The notes beneath the pieces are model-generated. The model was given only the letters and a program-made list of their open reading frames with translations. It was not told the DNA's origin and ran no database searches. DNA of 64,000 nucleotides from a bacterium (lineage in GTDB: Bacteria; Zhuqueibacterota; Zhuqueibacteria; Residuimicrobiales; Krinioviventaceae), in the NCBI GenBank assembly GCA_963675755.2, contig CAXXMD010000002.1, forward strand, positions 992,001 through 1,056,000. The letters are read 5' to 3'. Positions 20,093 through 29,499 of the stretch are shown piece by piece; positions within the stretch are counted from its first letter, which is position 1; every line of letters begins with the position of its first letter. The position numbers and the translations under genes were made by a program.

Positions 20093-21202
20093 TTACATAA
20101 TTACCAATTCTGCCTGCAATGCTCCGGCTCCTTTCAGAGCCTGAAAAATTGCAATAATATCTCTTGGGGTTACCTGTAAATTATTAAGCATTGCTGCCAG
20201 ATCATTTACATTTGCCATATTATCTAAAACTGCTACGGTACCTGCCCCCTCTTCTATCACCTGAGTTTGAGTTTGTGGAACAACTACAGTATTTCCACCG
20301 GAAAATGGTGATGGTTGAGAAATAATAGGGTTCGATGAAATTCGAATAGTCAAATTACCATGAGCAACAGCTACAGGTGATAACCTTACATTACTACCAA
20401 CAACTACTGTGCCGGTTCTTTCATTTATCACAACTTTGGCCATTTGATCTGCTTCAATATCCAGTCCTTCTATTCTCGCAATTGTTGCAACCGTTTGAGC
20501 GGGATCTTGCATACGCAATTCTACCCGACCAGGATCTTTGGCAGCAGCTTGTTGAGAGCCCAATTCACTGTTAATAGCCTCAGCAATGCGCGTTGCGGAT
20601 GTAAAATCCGGTTCGCGAAGCAAAAGTTCAAGCACAGGTACTTGAGAGAAATCAAAACTAACTTCACGGGCAATCATTGCTCCATTAGGTACACGTCCAA
20701 CCAATGCAAAATTTTTACGATACTTTTCACCACTGGGTGTTTCAATATTAAATCCACCAATACTCAAAGGTCCCTGAGCATTTGCATAAACCTGCTTATC
20801 TGGTCCCATTAATGGGGTGGGTAGCAAAGTACCCCCTTCAAGGCTTGAAGCATCTCCAATAGAAGAAACCAAAACATCTACCTTACTGCCATGTTGTGCA
20901 AAAGGTGAAACTTTGGCTGTAACCATAACAGAAGCAACATTACGCAAGTTCAAGTTTTTATCTGGCAGATTCATTCCAAATTTATTCATCATATTTTTGA
21001 CTGCCTGAATTGTCATTTCAGAACGTCGGGAGTCTCCACTTCCATCGAGACCAACAACCAGACTATAACCGATCAATTGTTGATCCTGTAATCCCTTAAT
21101 ATCTACCATATCTTTAATGCGTGCAGCAAATAAAAATGAGGGTAATAATAAAAGTATGGCAATATAAATTAAATATGATTCAAGACTTTTTTTCAAGATC
21201 AT
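20093..21202 (-). CDS. flgI: P-ring protein FlgI
   Basis: RIKD, LIGYSLVVGLDGSGD, VVINERTGTVV, GALQAEL. Confidence 0.97.
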   Translation of the reverse strand: MILKKSLESYLIYIAILLLLPSFLFAARIKDMVDIKGLQDQQLIGYSLVVGLDGSGDSRRSEMTIQAVKNMMNKFGMNLPDKNLNLRNVASVMVTAKVSPFAQHGSKVDVLVSSIGDASSLEGGTLLPTPLMGPDKQVYANAQGPLSIGGFNIETPSGEKYRKNFALVGRVPNGAMIAREVSFDFSQVPVLELLLREPDFTSATRIAEAINSELGSQQAAAKDPGRVELRMQDPAQTVATIARIEGLDIEADQMAKVVINERTGTVVVGSNVRLSPVAVAHGNLTIRISSNPIISQPSPFSGGNTVVVPQTQTQVIEEGAGTVAVLDNMANVNDLAAMLNNLQVTPRDIIAIFQALKGAGALQAELVIM

Positions 21203-21215
21203 AATAAACTCCAGA

Positions 21216-21800
21216 TTAAAATAACCAACCTAAAAACCGACCAAAAAATCCGGGTTTTTGACCGCTATCAACCATGCCTTTTCCCTGATACGAAATTTTG
21301 GCATCTCCAATATTTACAGATAAAATCGTATTATCACTGTTTATATCCTGGGGACGTATAATACCTGAAATGGTAATTCTTTCTTTCTCACCATTTACAA
21401 TAACTTCACGTTCACCCTTGATTATAAAATTGCCATTGCCGGTAACATCTGTAATTGAAGCCGTAATATTACCGGTTAAACTTCCTTTTCGCGAAGTTTC
21501 AGCATCATTATCATAATTATTTTTCGTTTGACCATTCAACCCGAACAACGGCATATAAGTAGATGAACCGGTTCCACCGGTCATTGTTACCCCTTTGTTG
21601 TTTGTTCTTTTATTAGAACTGTTGGCTTCACTTTTGGCGCTTGACTGTTCAATGATTAAAACAGTTATAATGTCTCCAACTTTGTATGCCTTGTGATCAG
21701 TAAATAAGGATTGAGCCGAATAGCTATTTTGTGCCCAAACTGTATTGCTGAACAGCATCAACACGGCAAATAAAACGAATATTACTTTTAAAGACTTCAT
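21216..21800 (-). CDS. flgH: L-ring protein FlgH
   Basis: SLFTDHKAYKVGDIITVLIIE, GIIRPQDI, DAKISYQGKG. No lipobox Cys. Confidence 0.93.
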   Translation of the reverse strand: MKSLKVIFVLFAVLMLFSNTVWAQNSYSAQSLFTDHKAYKVGDIITVLIIEQSSAKSEANSSNKRTNNKGVTMTGGTGSSTYMPLFGLNGQTKNNYDNDAETSRKGSLTGNITASITDVTGNGNFIIKGEREVIVNGEKERITISGIIRPQDINSDNTILSVNIGDAKISYQGKGMVDSGQKPGFFGRFLGWLF

Positions 21801-21803
21801 GGC

Positions 21804-22532
21804 TTATCTCTTGTTTGTTTTAAATATAACTATTGACGCATTCTGTATTTCTGCATAATAATACTTGTTACTCATTGCATCTCTAACTTTGATTACATCT
21901 CCGGGCGCGCCTTTACCCTGGCAGATTACAGGTATTGACAAAGAAATATTTTTGTTTACAACATTCATATTTACCTGGTCACCACGTTTTATGACCGGTA
22001 CGGTTTCAATCATAGATTCTGTAAGAACTCGGCCTTGTGGGATATATCTTTTGGTTCTTTGTCCCACTGCTTTATTTAATGAAACAGGTGAATCATTTCC
22101 TCTCCAGGTCACCTCTACAAATTGAACAGCAAGATCAGCTTCACTTATAATATGATGTCGATCAACAGCATTTTTCAAAACCGGTACATTGGTAAATCTG
22201 GAAATATCTGCAACCACTTGAAATGATTCATTATTATTTTTGTCACTATAAGAAAACGTAAATACTGTTTTACCGGTAATTAACCCCTGTTTCCTACAGG
22301 ATATTGTTACCGGAGCCTGGATTATGTTATCATGAGATGCTGAATTAAAATTCACTTTAATTTTATTATCTGATTTTGAAATATTTCTATCAGATAAAAA
22401 TGTGTAAATATTATTTTCAATCCATGTAATTGTTTTTGTATCCGGTTTTGCGTGTACAATTGCAGAAAACACCAATATCAAAAACAGATATTTTATAAAC
22501 AGTTTAATTTTTGTCGGTATCATATTAATCAT
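21804..22532 (-). CDS. flgA: P-ring chaperone FlgA
   Basis: Signal peptide, SAF-like domain, VIKRGDQV, GAPGDVIKVR; lies between flgG and flgH. Confidence 0.88.
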   Translation of the reverse strand: MINMIPTKIKLFIKYLFLILVFSAIVHAKPDTKTITWIENNIYTFLSDRNISKSDNKIKVNFNSASHDNIIQAPVTISCRKQGLITGKTVFTFSYSDKNNNESFQVVADISRFTNVPVLKNAVDRHHIISEADLAVQFVEVTWRGNDSPVSLNKAVGQRTKRYIPQGRVLTESMIETVPVIKRGDQVNMNVVNKNISLSIPVICQGKGAPGDVIKVRDAMSNKYYYAEIQNASIVIFKTNKR

Positions 22533-22538
22533 TATAAA

Positions 22539-23327
22539 TCAAGATTTTAAATTGTTCACCAGTGCCATCATATCATCACTGGTTTGAATTGCCTTGGAAT
22601 TTAATTCATACGCGCGTTGCGCAACAATCATATTTACCATTTCTTCAACAACTTCAACATTAGAACTTTCGATATAGCCTTGATTCAGACCACCAAAACC
22701 ATCCAATTCGGGTACACCAATTATAGGTTCACCGGATGCACCAGTTGGCATTAACAGGTTTCTTCCAATATTTTTAAGTCCTGCGGGATTGATAAATCTT
22801 GCAAGCTCTAATTGCCCAATCTCTTGTGATTGAGTGGAATTTGAAAGTTCAACAGATACAATACCATCTCGGCTAATACTGATGCTTTGTGTATCAGTTG
22901 GAATTGTAATGTTGGGCTCAAGATAATATCCATCAGAGTTTACAAGCTGTCCATCACTCGATATTTTCAACGTTCCATCGCGAGAATAACCAATGGTTCC
23001 ATCGGTCATTCTGAATTGAAAAAAACCATCGCCTTCAATTGCAATATCCAGCGAATTTCCTGTCTGGGTAACATCTCCCTGTGTAAACAGTTTGGCTGTT
23101 GAAACAGGTTTCGTTCCACAACCAACCTGTAACTCTGTAGGATTTTGAATACCTTCACCAGTAAAGGAACCAGCAGGACGAATCGTCTGGTACAAAAGAT
23201 CCTGAAATTCAACCTTACTCTTTTTAAAACCAGTAGTATTCACGTTAGCCAGGTTATTGGCAATTGTATCAATATATAACTGCTGAGCATGCATTCCCGA
23301 TGCTGCAGTTCTTAGTGCTTTATCCAT
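22539..23327 (-). CDS. flgG: Distal rod protein FlgG
   Basis: ANNLANVNTTGFKK, FQDLLYQ, SNVEVVEEMVNMIVAQRAYE. Confidence 0.97.
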   Translation of the reverse strand: MDKALRTAASGMHAQQLYIDTIANNLANVNTTGFKKSKVEFQDLLYQTIRPAGSFTGEGIQNPTELQVGCGTKPVSTAKLFTQGDVTQTGNSLDIAIEGDGFFQFRMTDGTIGYSRDGTLKISSDGQLVNSDGYYLEPNITIPTDTQSISISRDGIVSVELSNSTQSQEIGQLELARFINPAGLKNIGRNLLMPTGASGEPIIGVPELDGFGGLNQGYIESSNVEVVEEMVNMIVAQRAYELNSKAIQTSDDMMALVNNLKS

Positions 23328-23347
23328 AAATTAACTCCAAATCAAAA

Positions 23348-24052
23348 TTATACCCTGCCAACATCATTAACTGCTTTATCAAGAGAATCATCTTGTGTAG
23401 TTAATGCACGTTGATTGGCTTCAAAATGACGATATACCTCAATCATATTAACCATTTCTTCCAGGGTATTTACATTTGAACTTTCGACAAAACCTGCTTT
23501 AACCTTGACATCCTCATTGGTAGGGCGCACAAAAGCATCTTCAGAAGCTTTAAAATATCCTTCTCCCACTCTTTTCAGCATATTGGGGTCATCAACTTGA
23601 ACTATAGAAAGATAATCTACAATGCTATCTTGAACCATAATTGCACCATCTTCTTGAATAGTAAAATCTTCATCAAGCAAAATGGGCCCGCCTTCACCCA
23701 TAACCAGATCTCCTGATGCAGTTGCAAGGTAACCATCATCAGTTAAAGTAAAATTACCCTGTCTGGTAAAGTAGGTTTCTGCTCCGCTTTGAACAGTAAA
23801 AAAGCCATTTCCTACCAGGGCCATAGACAAGGGATTTCCGGTTTCGCGTAATTCTCCCTGAGTAAAATCAACCTGATCAAGCGGAGTTGCTTCTTGTGCA
23901 GGAAAACGACTGGCCTGCTCAAGCGTTTGACTGAAAACAACGCTTCTCTTAAAACCTACACTATTAGCGTTAGCAAGATTGTTTGCAATAACATCAAGCG
24001 ATCTTGCATTTGTTTCCAACCCATTGTGGGAGTATATCATACTTTTTAACAA
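23348..24052 (-). CDS. flgF: Rod protein FlgF
   Basis: ANNLANANSVGFK, SNVNTLEEMVNMI; upstream of flgG. Confidence 0.88.
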   Translation of the reverse strand: MLKSMIYSHNGLETNARSLDVIANNLANANSVGFKRSVVFSQTLEQASRFPAQEATPLDQVDFTQGELRETGNPLSMALVGNGFFTVQSGAETYFTRQGNFTLTDDGYLATASGDLVMGEGGPILLDEDFTIQEDGAIMVQDSIVDYLSIVQVDDPNMLKRVGEGYFKASEDAFVRPTNEDVKVKAGFVESSNVNTLEEMVNMIEVYRHFEANQRALTTQDDSLDKAVNDVGRV

Positions 24053-24076
24053 AACACTCTCTCCTTTACTGTCGGA

Positions 24077-24451
24077 TTAAAAAATTGCTTTTCCGGCAAT
24101 TGCGTTTCTTACTACTCGAATCAGATCACGTGTATCATAGGGCATGGGAAAATAAGAGTCGTAACCTGCACTTTTACATTCTTCAGAACTATATACAGTT
24201 TCAAATGAGGTCATGGCAATTACACGAGTTTTGGGATTGTGATCTTTAATAACATGGCAAACTTTTTCACTATCAATATTATTATCTTGAACGTCTAAAA
24301 AGACAGCATAATAATTATTTTTCTGTCCCAACTCTACAGCACTCTCTGTTGTAAAGGCAGTATCAACTAAATACCCTTCATCACGAAAAGTTAATTGTAA
24401 AATTCTGCATTTATCCCTGTCTGGAATTACAACAAGAATATTTTCTGCCAT
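24077..24451 (-). CDS. Stand-alone atypical receiver-domain protein
   Basis: REC fold (AVFLDV, IAMTS) with a degenerate acidic pocket and Lys replaced by Met. ATG at 24451 with a GAGGA RBS is preferred over GTG at 24466. Confidence 0.75.
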   Translation of the reverse strand: MAENILVVIPDRDKCRILQLTFRDEGYLVDTAFTTESAVELGQKNNYYAVFLDVQDNNIDSEKVCHVIKDHNPKTRVIAMTSFETVYSSEECKSAGYDSYFPMPYDTRDLIRVVRNAIAGKAIF

Positions 24452-24502
24452 TTGAGTTGTCCTCACATTTCATCATTATAAAAAATAACTAAATGAGTCA
24501 AA

Positions 24503-24517
24503 TCAAATAGCATGCCA
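24503..24517 (-). promoter_or_regulatory. Putative sigma54 promoter for the REC-flgF-flgG operon
   Basis: TGGCATGCTATTTGA versus TGGCACG-N4-TTGC, with correct -24/-12 spacing. Confidence 0.65.
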
Positions 24518-24596
24518 CTCGCCTAATTATTTTGCTCATAAAAAACAAATACTTAGGCGAGCCAAAAATGTTTTATTTTGGATATAAATTTAATAG

Positions 24597-24633
24597 AGGG
24601 AAATATTTACCGGTTTTGGGTTCAAACTTACCT
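24597..24633. promoter_or_regulatory. Tandem putative enhancer (bEBP) sites
   Basis: AGGGAAATATTTACCG and GGGTTCAAACTTACCT, each 12/16 identical to the palindrome at 49287. Confidence 0.5.
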
Positions 24634-24649
24634 TTAGCCCAAATAATAT

Positions 24650-24676
24650 ATATCGGCAAAAATTTTAAAAACTTAA
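24650..24676 (-). promoter_or_regulatory. Putative sigma28 promoter overlapping the cheB stop
   Basis: TTAAGTTT-N11-GCCGATAT. Confidence 0.6.
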
Positions 24677-25725
24677 ATATCTTTTTGCAAATGTTCAATT
24701 AAAGCTGATGCACATTGATCCAAAGGTACAATTTTGTCTACAGCACCCATTTTTATGGCTTCTTTTGGCATTCCAAATACAACACAGCTTTTTTCATCCT
24801 GAGCAAAGGTATAAGCACCATTATCATGCATTGCCTGTAGACCTTTAGCTCCATCTGCTCCCATTCCGGTTAGTATCATACCCAAAGCATTAGAACCGGC
24901 ATTACGGGCTACAGAATGAAATAGAACATCTACACTGGGGCGTTGATGATGTACGGGGGGACCATCTTTTAAAGAAACATAATATTTAGCACCACTTCTT
25001 TGTAACAGCATATGACTATTACCCGGAGCAACCAATACCATTCCGGGAACAACATAATCATTATCCCTGGCTTCACGGACTTCGAGTTCACAAATACTAT
25101 TTAATCTGGCAGCAAAAGATGCTGTAAAAACTTCGGGCATATGTTGTACAATTACAATACCCGGCATTACAGATGGTAAATTTTGCAATACAACTTCAAC
25201 AGCTTTTGTTCCGCCAGTTGATGCACCAATAGCAATTACTTTGTGGGTAGTTTTAAGTTCAAATGATTTGGATTTTGATACCGCAATGGCTGCAGTTGGT
25301 GCAGCAGCTGTTTTGCTTTTTGGTATGGAAACCTTTGTATTTGCTGCGGCGGCAGTTCTTACTGCACGTACCATTCTATTAATATCAGGCGTTGAAAAGC
25401 CTGATCCTGGTTTACTGACAACATCAATTGCACCAAGCTCAAGTGCACGAAGAGCAGTCTCACTGTTTTCTGGTGTTAATGAACTAACAATAACAACAGG
25501 CATGGGATAATGTTTCATCAGTTTTTCCAGAAAAGACAAGCCATCCATTCGTGGCATTTCTATATCCAGGGTTAAAACATCAGGTTGCAATTTAACAATT
25601 TTCTCCCGTGCCATATATGGATCTGTTGCAGAGCCTACAACTTCAAAATCATCAATTTTATTTAATTCCTCAGATAATATTTTTCGAACCAGTGCTGAAT
25701 CATCTACAACAAGTATTTTTATCAC
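24673..25725 (-). CDS. cheB: Chemotaxis methylesterase CheB
   Basis: REC domain plus GASTGG, VQHMP, RPSVD, LTGMGADGA. Confidence 0.98.
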   Translation of the reverse strand: MIKILVVDDSALVRKILSEELNKIDDFEVVGSATDPYMAREKIVKLQPDVLTLDIEMPRMDGLSFLEKLMKHYPMPVVIVSSLTPENSETALRALELGAIDVVSKPGSGFSTPDINRMVRAVRTAAAANTKVSIPKSKTAAAPTAAIAVSKSKSFELKTTHKVIAIGASTGGTKAVEVVLQNLPSVMPGIVIVQHMPEVFTASFAARLNSICELEVREARDNDYVVPGMVLVAPGNSHMLLQRSGAKYYVSLKDGPPVHHQRPSVDVLFHSVARNAGSNALGMILTGMGADGAKGLQAMHDNGAYTFAQDEKSCVVFGMPKEAIKMGAVDKIVPLDQCASALIEHLQKDI

Positions 25726-25739
25726 TGCAATACCTCAAG

Positions 25740-26192
25740 TTAAATACTATTTTTATTATAATGCCAAAAAACTTTAACCAGACCTTCGTCAAAAGGTATC
25801 TGGACTTTGACACGTGCATATTCACTACCAGAATAATCACTTATAAAATCTTCTACAATTTCAGGCGCACTAAGACGGTATTGTTTATCCTTACCAGCCA
25901 ATTGCGGTAGTATATTACCACAAATAACATTTGCAACTTCTTTAAGTGCATCCAATTGTTGTTCCATAGGAATATCATCTTCTGCCAGAATATTCTGTGC
26001 CAATACAGGCAAAGCTCTATCTGGTATTTTTATGTAAAAACCACCATCTGTGTAACCAGTAAATCTTACCAGTGTCATTTTTGTGCTAACATCAGAATCT
26101 ACAGGTTCATCCGGAACCGGCATAAAAAAAGCTAATTCTTCAAAAGTTTTAACTGAGAAATCAAATAAAACCTGTTCTAACTTATCCATCAA
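25740..26192 (-). CDS. cheX: CheX-family phosphatase
   Basis: DALKEVANVICGN carries the ExxN motif. Confidence 0.8.
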   Translation of the reverse strand: MMDKLEQVLFDFSVKTFEELAFFMPVPDEPVDSDVSTKMTLVRFTGYTDGGFYIKIPDRALPVLAQNILAEDDIPMEQQLDALKEVANVICGNILPQLAGKDKQYRLSAPEIVEDFISDYSGSEYARVKVQIPFDEGLVKVFWHYNKNSI

Positions 26193-26565
26193 TATCTCCT
26201 AATAAATCAATTACAACCTGTTCAAGTTCTTCAGGTTGAAATGGTTTATGAATAAACAAAACACCTTTACTCTTTAATATATCAATTGTAGCTTCACTAC
26301 TTTCCGAAGAAATAACAACAATAGCCATATCTTCTGTATCCGGATTATTTCGAAGCTTGTCAATCATTACATCACCGCTCATAACCGGCATATTAATATC
26401 AACTAAAATGAGGTCTACCCAATTGTCATCTATAATATTAAGCCCTTCTTGCCCATTACTTGCTTCAAAAATGTTACGAATCGGGATGTCGCAAATGTTC
26501 AAAACGCGTTTTATCATTGCCCGCATTACTGAACTATCATCCACTATCAAAACATTTAACGACAT
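26182..26565 (-). CDS. cheY: CheY-like response regulator
   Basis: VDDS, DINMP, ISSE, KPF. Confidence 0.85.
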   Translation of the reverse strand: MSLNVLIVDDSSVMRAMIKRVLNICDIPIRNIFEASNGQEGLNIIDDNWVDLILVDINMPVMSGDVMIDKLRNNPDTEDMAIVVISSESSEATIDILKSKGVLFIHKPFQPEELEQVVIDLLGDIDG

Positions 26566-26584
26566 TTATATACCTCCATTGGTA

Positions 26585-27067
26585 TTACAATTCTTTATCT
26601 ACACCTTGAGACTTTACAATAACACTACCTGTATTGATATCTATAGAAATATTTCTGGTAATATTTGAACCAACATCAAAAGATTTTAACATAATTCCTT
26701 TTTTCCATAACAACTTGCGGAACATTGTAAAATTACGTTTACCAATTTCAAAAATATCATTCTCACCAGGTTTTTTAAAACTCGCTCCACCTGCAACTTT
26801 GACTACCAGTGTTCTTGGATTTGCGCCCAATCTCACACACTCATTTAACATTGCCTCAACCCCGGTATCTACAAACATATAAGGATTTTTTTTAGCTTTT
26901 TCTACATCAATGGAAGATTGTGGCAACATAACATGCAACAATGCTCCAACTTTAGTCCTGGGATCGTATACAGTAATCCCTAAACAACTTCCAAGTGCAT
27001 ATGTAATAAGTGTATCAGCTGGGTCTGTTGAAATTATCATTTCAGCGATACCCACAATCCGTTTCAA
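26585..27067 (-). CDS. cheD: Chemoreceptor deamidase CheD
   Basis: TYALGSCLG, HVMLP, KVAGGA, IGKRN. Confidence 0.95.
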   Translation of the reverse strand: MKRIVGIAEMIISTDPADTLITYALGSCLGITVYDPRTKVGALLHVMLPQSSIDVEKAKKNPYMFVDTGVEAMLNECVRLGANPRTLVVKVAGGASFKKPGENDIFEIGKRNFTMFRKLLWKKGIMLKSFDVGSNITRNISIDINTGSVIVKSQGVDKEL

Positions 27068-27086
27068 TACTTACTCCTCGGGTATT

Positions 27087-27920
27087 TCAAACACGTTTTT
27101 GATATACCGCCGGTTGAATATAGGTAAACTTGTGTTCCGACGATGTTAAACTTTCAGAATGCCCAACAAACAAATAACCATTATTAGCAATTAACGAATA
27201 AAAGCGATTGATTAAACGCTGACGGGTTTCTTTATCAAAATATATCATAACATTACGACAAAAAATTATATCAAAGGGGCCTTTCATTGGCCAATCTCCC
27301 ATCAAGTTCAAATATGCATATTTAACAAGAGATTTTATATTGTTTTGTGCCTGGTAAACAACCTTGTCTTGGTTTCGGGTTTTTGAAAAATATTTATTCA
27401 AACGTCCCGAGGAAACTTCGGTTGCAATATTTTCACTAAATTGGCCCAGTTTTGCAATTTCCAACATTTCATAAGAAATATCAGTTGCTAAAATTTTGAA
27501 ATCACGCTTTGCAATATCCGGAAATTCATCATGAAGAACCATTGAAATGGTATAAGGTTCAGCGCCCGATGAACAACCAGCACTCCATATACGCATTGAT
27601 TTATTATTATTTTTGAATTCAGGCAAAAAGGTATTTGTCATATAATCAAAATGCTGTTGCTCACGGAAAAAATTGGTTTTATTGGTGGTTATGATATCAA
27701 TCATCTGCTCTAATTCTTTTGAATTTGCTTCCTCTGAAACAAAATCAATGTAACTCTCAAATGAATCTAAATTGAGCAAACGCAATCGTTTGAGCAATCT
27801 TGACTTTACGAGCCCCAATTTATTAGGCGGTAAATAAATTCCAGCAATGTCATATACAATTTTGCTAATACGTTCAAATGAGGAACGTTTTAAATCAAGT
27901 GACAATAAATCTAATGCCAT
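27087..27920 (-). CDS. cheR: Chemotaxis methyltransferase CheR
   Basis: TTNKTNFFRE, IWSAGCSSGAEPY, IFCRNVMIYF. Confidence 0.97.
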   Translation of the reverse strand: MALDLLSLDLKRSSFERISKIVYDIAGIYLPPNKLGLVKSRLLKRLRLLNLDSFESYIDFVSEEANSKELEQMIDIITTNKTNFFREQQHFDYMTNTFLPEFKNNNKSMRIWSAGCSSGAEPYTISMVLHDEFPDIAKRDFKILATDISYEMLEIAKLGQFSENIATEVSSGRLNKYFSKTRNQDKVVYQAQNNIKSLVKYAYLNLMGDWPMKGPFDIIFCRNVMIYFDKETRQRLINRFYSLIANNGYLFVGHSESLTSSEHKFTYIQPAVYQKRV

Positions 27921-27948
27921 ATTCTAATTCCTTTTGATACTACAAAGG

Positions 27949-28632
27949 TTACAATCGTTTTTGTGTTTCTATGCTTATATTTTCAACCAGATTAAATAAT
28001 GGACTATCTGGGGGTATTTCTTCCTTTAATTGTTCAGCATAAACTGCAATCTTGCCCAATGCCTCCCGCTGTTCAATAATTGCACGTTCCCATTTCTTTT
28101 GAGCTTGAAAAAAATGATCAATTTTAGCATCAATTGATTTTAAATATGGATGAAGATCAGGATCATCAAGCATATCTCTTTTTTCAATCAAGTCGAGAAT
28201 TTCATTATGCAATGTTTTATATATATTAATCGTATTAATCGGATTAATAAAACTCTTGTAATCCAATACACGTTTAATTTTCTCACGTAAATCTTTGATT
28301 GAAAAGGGTTTGTAAAAATAATCAAAGGCGCCCAATTTCATAGCTTCAATAGCTGTTTCAATGGTTGCATAACCAGTTACCATAATCACTTCGGTATCGA
28401 TAGCTTCTTTTTTCACATATCGAAGCAAGTCCATACCACCTTCCTGATTATTTTCCAATCCCGGCATGTTTTTATCAGTAACCACAATATCATATTTATT
28501 TTCTTCAAGATATTTGATTGCATTTTGAACTGTTGCAGAACTATCTACCGTATATCCTGAATCAACAAGAATACCAGCAATTAAAGATCTGGAGTCATCT
28601 TCATCATCTACAACAAGAATTCTTATTTCCAT
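27949..28632 (-). CDS. Response regulator: REC plus ~100-aa helical tail of unknown function
   Basis: VDDE, TDKNMP, VTGY, KPF; no recognisable output domain. Confidence 0.8.
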   Translation of the reverse strand: MEIRILVVDDEDDSRSLIAGILVDSGYTVDSSATVQNAIKYLEENKYDIVVTDKNMPGLENNQEGGMDLLRYVKKEAIDTEVIMVTGYATIETAIEAMKLGAFDYFYKPFSIKDLREKIKRVLDYKSFINPINTINIYKTLHNEILDLIEKRDMLDDPDLHPYLKSIDAKIDHFFQAQKKWERAIIEQREALGKIAVYAEQLKEEIPPDSPLFNLVENISIETQKRL

Positions 28633-28676
28633 TTTTACACCTTACAAGCTTGTGGATCGGTTAATATTTTTTTAAA

Positions 28677-29495
28677 TCAGGCTGTTTGTACTTGAATGGT
28701 TTTATTTACATTTGACAGTATCTTTTCAATATCTAACAGAATTTTAACACTACTGTCAACCTTGGCCATTCCTAATATATAATCAGTATCAATATTAGTA
28801 CCAAATGCTGGTACAGATTCTATATCATCAGCTGCAATATTTAAAACTTCTGAGACTTTATCAACAATAATACCTTTTTCACCTAAACGGGTCTGTACAA
28901 CAATAATACAGGTTTCCTGAGTGGCTTCAATTTCTTCCATTAAAAATTTCAATCGCATATCAACAACCGATACAATTTTACCACGCAAGTTAATTACGCC
29001 TTTAATAAAACGTTTTGTGCGAGGCACCCGGGTAATAGGCAATAAACCCATAATTTCTTTAACTTTGGTAATTTCTATACCATAATCTTCACCGGCAAGT
29101 ACAAAAGTCAAATATTTACCTTCAAGTTCCAGATTCTTTTTAACAGAAGAACCTTTAGCATCTTGCTTTACATCACGATTTTTTTGCAACAAAGCTTTTG
29201 ATGCATTTTGTAAACCTGTTTCAACTTTTGGAGCCGATTTTTGACTGCTTGTCTTTTCCGGTTCAGGTTTTACTACCTTGGGTTCCGGTTCTTTTGGACT
29301 TTCAGCTTTGGGTTCCTGTTTAACAGGTTCTGCCTTGACATCAGCTTTGGGTTCGGTATTGACAGGTTCAGCAGCCTTGGGCTCAACTTTTTGAGCTGGT
29401 TTACTCTCTGTTTTCTCTTCACTTGATTTTGAATCTTGACTACTGTCGCCAATCCAACTTAACGGATCAGCTCCTAATCTATCTTTCTTTGCCAT
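28677..29495 (-). CDS. cheW: CheW with a long N-terminal extension
   Basis: C-terminal KYLTF...GVINLRGKIV CheW domain preceded by a ~125-aa peptide and K/E/P-rich linker. Confidence 0.9.
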   Translation of the reverse strand: MAKKDRLGADPLSWIGDSSQDSKSSEEKTESKPAQKVEPKAAEPVNTEPKADVKAEPVKQEPKAESPKEPEPKVVKPEPEKTSSQKSAPKVETGLQNASKALLQKNRDVKQDAKGSSVKKNLELEGKYLTFVLAGEDYGIEITKVKEIMGLLPITRVPRTKRFIKGVINLRGKIVSVVDMRLKFLMEEIEATQETCIIVVQTRLGEKGIIVDKVSEVLNIAADDIESVPAFGTNIDTDYILGMAKVDSSVKILLDIEKILSNVNKTIQVQTA

Positions 29496-29499
29496 GAAA

